A stretch of DNA of 64,000 nucleotides from Fibrobacteria bacterium (lineage in GTDB: Bacteria; Fibrobacterota; Fibrobacteria; UBA11236; JADFYW01), in contig JBNKOC010000029.1 in the NCBI GenBank assembly GCA_050294405.1, positions 1-64,000 on the forward strand, given 5' to 3'. The notes beneath the pieces are model-generated. The model saw only the letters and a list, made by a program, of their open reading frames with translations, did no database searches and was not told where the DNA came from. The stretch's first letter is position 1, and every line of letters starts with the position of its first letter. Position numbers and translations under genes: made by a program. Shown piece by piece: positions 59,157-64,000 of this stretch.

Positions 59157-60281
59157 TCAATATATGACCAGCTTGTCCCTGTGAATCACCTCTTCGGAGC
59201 GGCTTCGTTTCATAAGTTTGGAGATTTCACCGCTCTTAAGCCCTCGTATATTGTGGAGTTCTTCCGTGGAAAACTCCACTTGCCCCCGGCCAATAGGGCT
59301 TCCTTTTAAGGGCGATATTTCCACAAATTCCCCCTTTTTAAAGTGGCCTAAGATTTTAACCACTCCCACTGCCAAAAGAGATTTCCCTGTGAGAAGAGCT
59401 GCAATGGCTCCATCGTCTAAATAAAGACGCCCGTGGGGTTTGGAAACATAGGCCAACCAGCGTTTTTGGTACTTCAATTTCTTAGGGTTAGGCAAAAACA
59501 AGCTGCCCAGTTTTTTACCATGCACGATTTTCGCCAATTGGATTTTTTTACCGGGAGCCAATATAACCGGAGTGCCCGCCGAGGTGGCTTGTTTAATAGC
59601 CTGCAGCTTGGAGCGCATTCCGCCAGTGCTGGTTTCGCTACCTGCGCCGCCGCCCAGCTTTTCGATTTCCGGGCTCACCTTAGGCACAATGGATATGAGT
59701 TCTGCATCCGAATGGATTTTTGGATTTTTGTTATACAGCCCATCTTCGTCGGAGAGTAGCACTAACATATCCGCTTCCAGAAAGTGGGCGATATCCGAGC
59801 TTAACTTATCGTTGTCCCCCACCACTTCGCTTTTGTGGCTAATGGTATCGTTTTCATTGATAATGGGAACCACTCCCTGGGCCAAAAGGGTATTTAAGGT
59901 GTCCCTAATATTTTGGTAACGTTCTTTATTTTTAAAATCTTCACCTGATAAAAGCAATTGAGCCACATGTTGCTGACGGCGTTCAAAACGGGTGGAGTAC
60001 TGTTTCATCAAATGTATCTGGCCCATAGCCGCACAGGCTCTTTTTAAGGGCAGTTCCTTGGGCCTTTTTTGAAGGCCTAAAATAGACATACCCACCCCAA
60101 TGGAGCCCGATGTAACCAGGACCACCGAATAGCCTTCTTTTTTTAACAAACATATATCGCGGACAATGGCGTTTAACTTAGTGTGATTGATTTTGCCATC
60201 GGGATTCACCAATATTTTGGTGCCCACCTTAACCACAATATTTTTAAGGCTTTTAAATACATTGGCTCTTAAACTTTCCAT
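59157..60281 (-). CDS. proB: Glutamate 5-kinase with PUA domain
   Basis: VVKVGT, VPIINENDT, GDNDKLS, TGGMRSK, IHRD. Confidence 0.97.
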   Translation of the reverse strand: MESLRANVFKSLKNIVVKVGTKILVNPDGKINHTKLNAIVRDICLLKKEGYSVVLVTSGSIGVGMSILGLQKRPKELPLKRACAAMGQIHLMKQYSTRFERRQQHVAQLLLSGEDFKNKERYQNIRDTLNTLLAQGVVPIINENDTISHKSEVVGDNDKLSSDIAHFLEADMLVLLSDEDGLYNKNPKIHSDAELISIVPKVSPEIEKLGGGAGSETSTGGMRSKLQAIKQATSAGTPVILAPGKKIQLAKIVHGKKLGSLFLPNPKKLKYQKRWLAYVSKPHGRLYLDDGAIAALLTGKSLLAVGVVKILGHFKKGEFVEISPLKGSPIGRGQVEFSTEELHNIRGLKSGEISKLMKRSRSEEVIHRDKLVIY

Positions 60282-60341
60282 GGTTTAAAAATATAAATCG
60301 GGATTGGATTTGGAAGTGGCCCGCCTATTTTGAAAAAAGCT

Positions 60342-60890
60342 TTATTTTACCTTTTCCAAATCCTGCAGGAGTTTTTCCATTTTAAAATTCTTTTGGGTTA
60401 GCACCCAATTTTCCTGCTTCAACCTGGCCACCTGGGATTTAAGGCCCTCGTGTTCGGCGTGGGAGCGCACACAGCTATTTAACTCCAGAATTATTTTCCT
60501 AAGCATTTGGTAACTGGTATTTTCGGGGAGTTTTTCCCAGCGTTTTTGATCGATGGCCGAATCTACCCGGGTCGTATCGCCGGACCAATCCAATTGCTCC
60601 ACTCCCATAAATAACATGGCTATATCCCTCCAATATACTGCTGCGGAAATAGTGTCCTTGGAAGAGCCTGTGGTTAACAAAGTGGAGGCTTTGCGCACCA
60701 AATCTTCGGTTTTGCCCTCCAGAATGTAATTGGCCAATTCCAAATCCAAGGGAAGGATAGAATCAGAGGGCTCACTTGCGGGTTTCGCATCAGGCATGGA
60801 AATAGATTCTTCGGGCAAAGGCTTTTTAGCACAATTAAAAAGGGCAACCAAAGCAAAACTCAGCCAAACTATTTTACCAAAAAATTTCAC
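60342..60890 (-). CDS. Putative lipoprotein
   Basis: Lipobox-like ALFNC; C-terminal coiled coil. Confidence 0.65.
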   Translation of the reverse strand: MKFFGKIVWLSFALVALFNCAKKPLPEESISMPDAKPASEPSDSILPLDLELANYILEGKTEDLVRKASTLLTTGSSKDTISAAVYWRDIAMLFMGVEQLDWSGDTTRVDSAIDQKRWEKLPENTSYQMLRKIILELNSCVRSHAEHEGLKSQVARLKQENWVLTQKNFKMEKLLQDLEKVK

Positions 60891-61193
60891 AGGATAATTT
60901 TATATAGGAATGGAACTTTTTTAGCCCCAACAATATCTTCTCGTTCAAATTAGGTAATTTTCTAAAATTGGGAATAGACTTTTTATGGGATTAATGGACC
61001 TTGGTTTTTTGATTTTGGGATTTTTTGAAGCTGGGGAAGATTTAAAAGGGTAACTCTCCTTCCCTAGAGATTTCTCCCTCCCTGGAACCCTTTTCTGGTG
61101 GAAACACTTCTAGAAGAATTTCACTATCCTATAAATCGGAAAAGGAGAAAAATTTCTTTAGCGGTTTTTTGCTTTTATTACAAATAGCAAAAA

Positions 61194-62108
61194 TTAGCCA
61201 TCCAGCAATTTTTTGGCTTCCAGGATTTCTTTGGGATCGGCTTCATCCACCATCTTTCTCAATAAGTCTTCCCCACCAATTTTAAATTGAGCTTTTAAAA
61301 CATTTTGGCGAACCAGCTTTTCTTCATCTTTATTGAGACTGGACAAAAGTTCCACAAATCTAAAATCGCTGTTTTTAGCACATTCTCCAATTACCCAACA
61401 AGCAGAAGCCCTCATCAGAAAATCGCTTCTATTTTCACACATGGATTTTATATCCGGGAAGACATCGCAATAGTTGAGTTTCCATAGGGCTTTTAAGGCA
61501 TTGGCCCGAATGCGGTTGTTGGAGTGGGACTTAAAGCGCAGCAAAAGGGGGCTCAACCTATCGTGATTTAAGGACTCAATGCATTCGATGCAATTGGCCA
61601 CCACCCGGTTGTCTTTGTCATTGAGCAAGGTGGCGATGAGCTGCACATCTGCGTTTTCCATCATTTCTTTTAAAAGGGAAATAGAGGTGGCCCGCACCAT
61701 TTCATTTCTGTCAGTAATGAGGTTTTTTAAAAGGTCTTTGACCTTGGGATTTTTTCCCATTAAACCCAGAACCCGAATGGCATTAAAGCGAATATCCTGA
61801 TTTGTGCTTTGAAGACCCAGAGCTATATTGTCAATTACCGCCGGGTCCAGAGTTTTTAAAATTTGGGCCAGGCTACCCCGCATTTTTGCGTTTAAGTCCC
61901 CGTAATTTTCTGTCAAATTGCGGCGGATAATAGCCGCTGCTGCCTTGGCCGCCAGGGATTTTAAATACTTGTCCTCCAGGCCCTGGAGTTTATCCATTAT
62001 GATTTTAATGTGGCTTAGGTTTCCGGATTTTTCCAGAAAACGAAGGGCGGCTTCTACAGACTTACTATCTCTGGCAGCGAGATTTTTCTGTATCAGCTCT
62101 TCGTTCAT
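61194..62108 (-). CDS. HEAT-repeat protein
   Basis: Repeated D....VR/RV.AN..E helical units. Confidence 0.85.
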   Translation of the reverse strand: MNEELIQKNLAARDSKSVEAALRFLEKSGNLSHIKIIMDKLQGLEDKYLKSLAAKAAAAIIRRNLTENYGDLNAKMRGSLAQILKTLDPAVIDNIALGLQSTNQDIRFNAIRVLGLMGKNPKVKDLLKNLITDRNEMVRATSISLLKEMMENADVQLIATLLNDKDNRVVANCIECIESLNHDRLSPLLLRFKSHSNNRIRANALKALWKLNYCDVFPDIKSMCENRSDFLMRASACWVIGECAKNSDFRFVELLSSLNKDEEKLVRQNVLKAQFKIGGEDLLRKMVDEADPKEILEAKKLLDG

Positions 62109-63463
62109 ACAAAAAGTTTTTCCAACTCAGCAATTCCTTCCAGAGTAGAGTATATCATAACTCTATCCCCCACTTGTAGTTCGGTTTCTGCATCGGGGAT
62201 AATAACCTCTCCTTCTTCTCGCTGAATGCCTCCAATTATGGCATTTTTTGGAAAAACTTCTTTAAATTCTTCACTTCCGATTTCCTGGGCAGCCACAATG
62301 GTGTGCTGGGTCACTCTGAATTCAATGGCCTCCAGTTTTTCTTCGCTCAATTCAAAAACCGAAACCACCTCACCCCGCCTAACAAATTGCAGAATTCGGT
62401 TAATGGTCATCATACGGGTGGAAATCACCGAATCCACATCCAGTTCGGAAATTAATGGCACATAGTCGGGCTTGGTCACAAGGGCTATGCTTTTAGCCGC
62501 TCCCATTTGTTTGGCCAAAATACAGGAAAGCAAATTGGCTTCTTCAGCTTCGGTAACCGCTGCAAAAAAATCCGCGTCTTCAATTCCCTCCCCTTCCAAA
62601 AGGGAGGAGTCGGTACCTTCTCCGTGTAACACTAAAACTCTTTTTAAATCATAGGCCAGGCGACGGCTTATTTCCCTGGAGGGCTCTAAAATACGGGCCT
62701 GCACTTTGGAGTTTTCCAGTTTTTTGGCCAGGTTAAGGCCGATGGTTGTGCCTCCGTAAATAAATACATTGGACAGTTTTTTAACCTCAAAACCCAGCTT
62801 CCCCACAATCTCGGGCATTTGTTCCGAGGAAGCCACGATGTATATTTTGTCTTCGGGCTGGAAAGCCCCATCCCACAAGTTGGATATGATACATTCGTCT
62901 TCCCGAACCACGGAAACCAAAATAAACCTGTCTTCGGTCATGGAATTTAATTCTTCTTTGGTTTTCCCGATTAAGGGAGAAGAATCGGGAATCACCAGCC
63001 CCACCAATTCCATTCGGTCTTCAAAAAATGTGGAAACTTCCGAGGCATAGGGACGGAATAAAAGCTTTAAAATTTCCTTGGCCACTTCCCCCTCTGGATA
63101 TATCACCAGGTCTATTCCCAAATCATAGGGAGTTAATATAGAGGGGTCGGCAAAAATTTCGGATTCCCGAATGCGGGCTATGTTTTTTTTGGCACCCAGT
63201 TTTGAGGCGAGCTGACAGGTTAAAATGTTAGCGGCATCAGAACTGGTGACCGCTATCATAAGGTCGGCATCTTCAACTTTAGCCTTTTTTTGCACTTCCA
63301 CGCTGGTGCCATCGCCCACAATAGTAAATACATCCATTCCCTCTTCGGCGCCCCGCAGCTGATTGATGTTGTTATCTACCAAAAACAAATCATGGCCGTC
63401 CTGAGATAATTTTTCAGCGAGGTTTAGCCCAACTGTCCCGGCTCCTACGATAATGATTTTCAT
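62105..63463 (-). CDS. trkA: Trk potassium uptake protein TrkA
   Basis: [12 protein letters not shown]; two RCK_N/RCK_C pairs. Confidence 0.93.
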   Translation of the reverse strand: MKIIIVGAGTVGLNLAEKLSQDGHDLFLVDNNINQLRGAEEGMDVFTIVGDGTSVEVQKKAKVEDADLMIAVTSSDAANILTCQLASKLGAKKNIARIRESEIFADPSILTPYDLGIDLVIYPEGEVAKEILKLLFRPYASEVSTFFEDRMELVGLVIPDSSPLIGKTKEELNSMTEDRFILVSVVREDECIISNLWDGAFQPEDKIYIVASSEQMPEIVGKLGFEVKKLSNVFIYGGTTIGLNLAKKLENSKVQARILEPSREISRRLAYDLKRVLVLHGEGTDSSLLEGEGIEDADFFAAVTEAEEANLLSCILAKQMGAAKSIALVTKPDYVPLISELDVDSVISTRMMTINRILQFVRRGEVVSVFELSEEKLEAIEFRVTQHTIVAAQEIGSEEFKEVFPKNAIIGGIQREEGEVIIPDAETELQVGDRVMIYSTLEGIAELEKLFV

Positions 63464-63999
63464 GCACTGCCTCGTAAACTTTTTATTTTATCCCTTAAAC
63501 TGGCTGCCCTTTCAAAATCCAAATCTTCGGCGGCCTCCCGCATCTGTTTTTCCAGTTCTTCCACGTCCGTTTCATCTTCCAGTTCAAGGGAATACAAATC
63601 TTCTTCATTAACATCCGGGTTGCTTTCCAAGTCTCCCGTGTCTTCAATGAGCTGGATATTGCCTCTTAATTCCTTCACCACCGAGGTGGGGGTAATCCCG
63701 TGCTCTTCGTTAAAACTCTGTTGGATTTTTCGGCGCCTGTTTGTTTCCTCTATGGCTTCTTTCATGCTTTGGGTCATTCTGTCCGCATACATAAGCACCG
63801 TGCCGTGAACATGGCGCGCGGCCCGGCCTATGATTTGAATCATGGTGCGCCGGTTGCGCAAAAACCCTTCTTTATCTGCATCCAGGATAACCACAAGGGA
63901 AACCTCGGGCACATCGAGGCCCTCCCTCAATAAGTTAATGCCTACTAATATGTCAATATCCCCGCGCCGAAGCTGCTGGAGGATTTCCGTGCGCTTTAA
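63460..63999 (-). CDS. uvrB: Excinuclease ABC subunit B, C-terminal part (5' end outside window)
   Basis: [42 protein letters not shown] domain [11 protein letters not shown]. Confidence 0.97.
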   Translation of the reverse strand, partial: LKRTEILQQLRRGDIDILVGINLLREGLDVPEVSLVVILDADKEGFLRNRRTMIQIIGRAARHVHGTVLMYADRMTQSMKEAIEETNRRRKIQQSFNEEHGITPTSVVKELRGNIQLIEDTGDLESNPDVNEEDLYSLELEDETDVEELEKQMREAAEDLDFERAASLRDKIKSLRGSA

Positions 64000-64000
64000 T

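Noticed and set aside
61156..61171. 16-bp match CTTTAGCGGTTTTTTG to spacer 257-289 (possible self-targeting)
   Set aside because: Covers only half the spacer, includes a T-run, flanks mismatch and the seed end is not covered; most likely chance
38296..63933. Many antisense or overlapping ORFs in the housekeeping region (e.g. 44659-45330, 53208-53744, 48368-48874)
   Set aside because: Shadow frames of well-supported genes with no motifs

Overview
The window has two parts. The left part (1 to ~27.8 kb) is an accessory/defence region. It holds a CRISPR array truncated by the window edge, a complete type I-E (I-E*-like gene order) cas operon, a GmrSD-type (DUF262+HNH) nuclease and a stand-alone proteasome-beta/HslV-like Ntn protein. 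It then continues into an AT-rich element integrated at the 3' end of tRNA-Asn. The element carries a tyrosine integrase, an excisionase, a P4/D5-type primase-helicase whose Zn-finger domain is split off at a CTT-TAA +1 junction, and a candidate origin (perfect 24-bp inverted repeat). It also carries a full-length MCM-family helicase, two DUF932-like genes, a Cas4-like PD-(D/E)XK nuclease and a strongly structured ~165-nt candidate ncRNA. I saw no capsid or conjugation genes and no second att copy. The right part (28-64 kb) is ordinary chromosome: USP, a His-rich metal ABC-type operon, patatin, MscS, rph, pheA, rapA, a transketolase-like gene, eno, folP, ftsH, tilS, hisI, proA, proB, trkA and a partial uvrB. 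The C-terminal domains of the secreted proteins suggest an FCB-group host, possibly Fibrobacterota; this is inference only. All family calls come from motif recognition by eye, not database searches.
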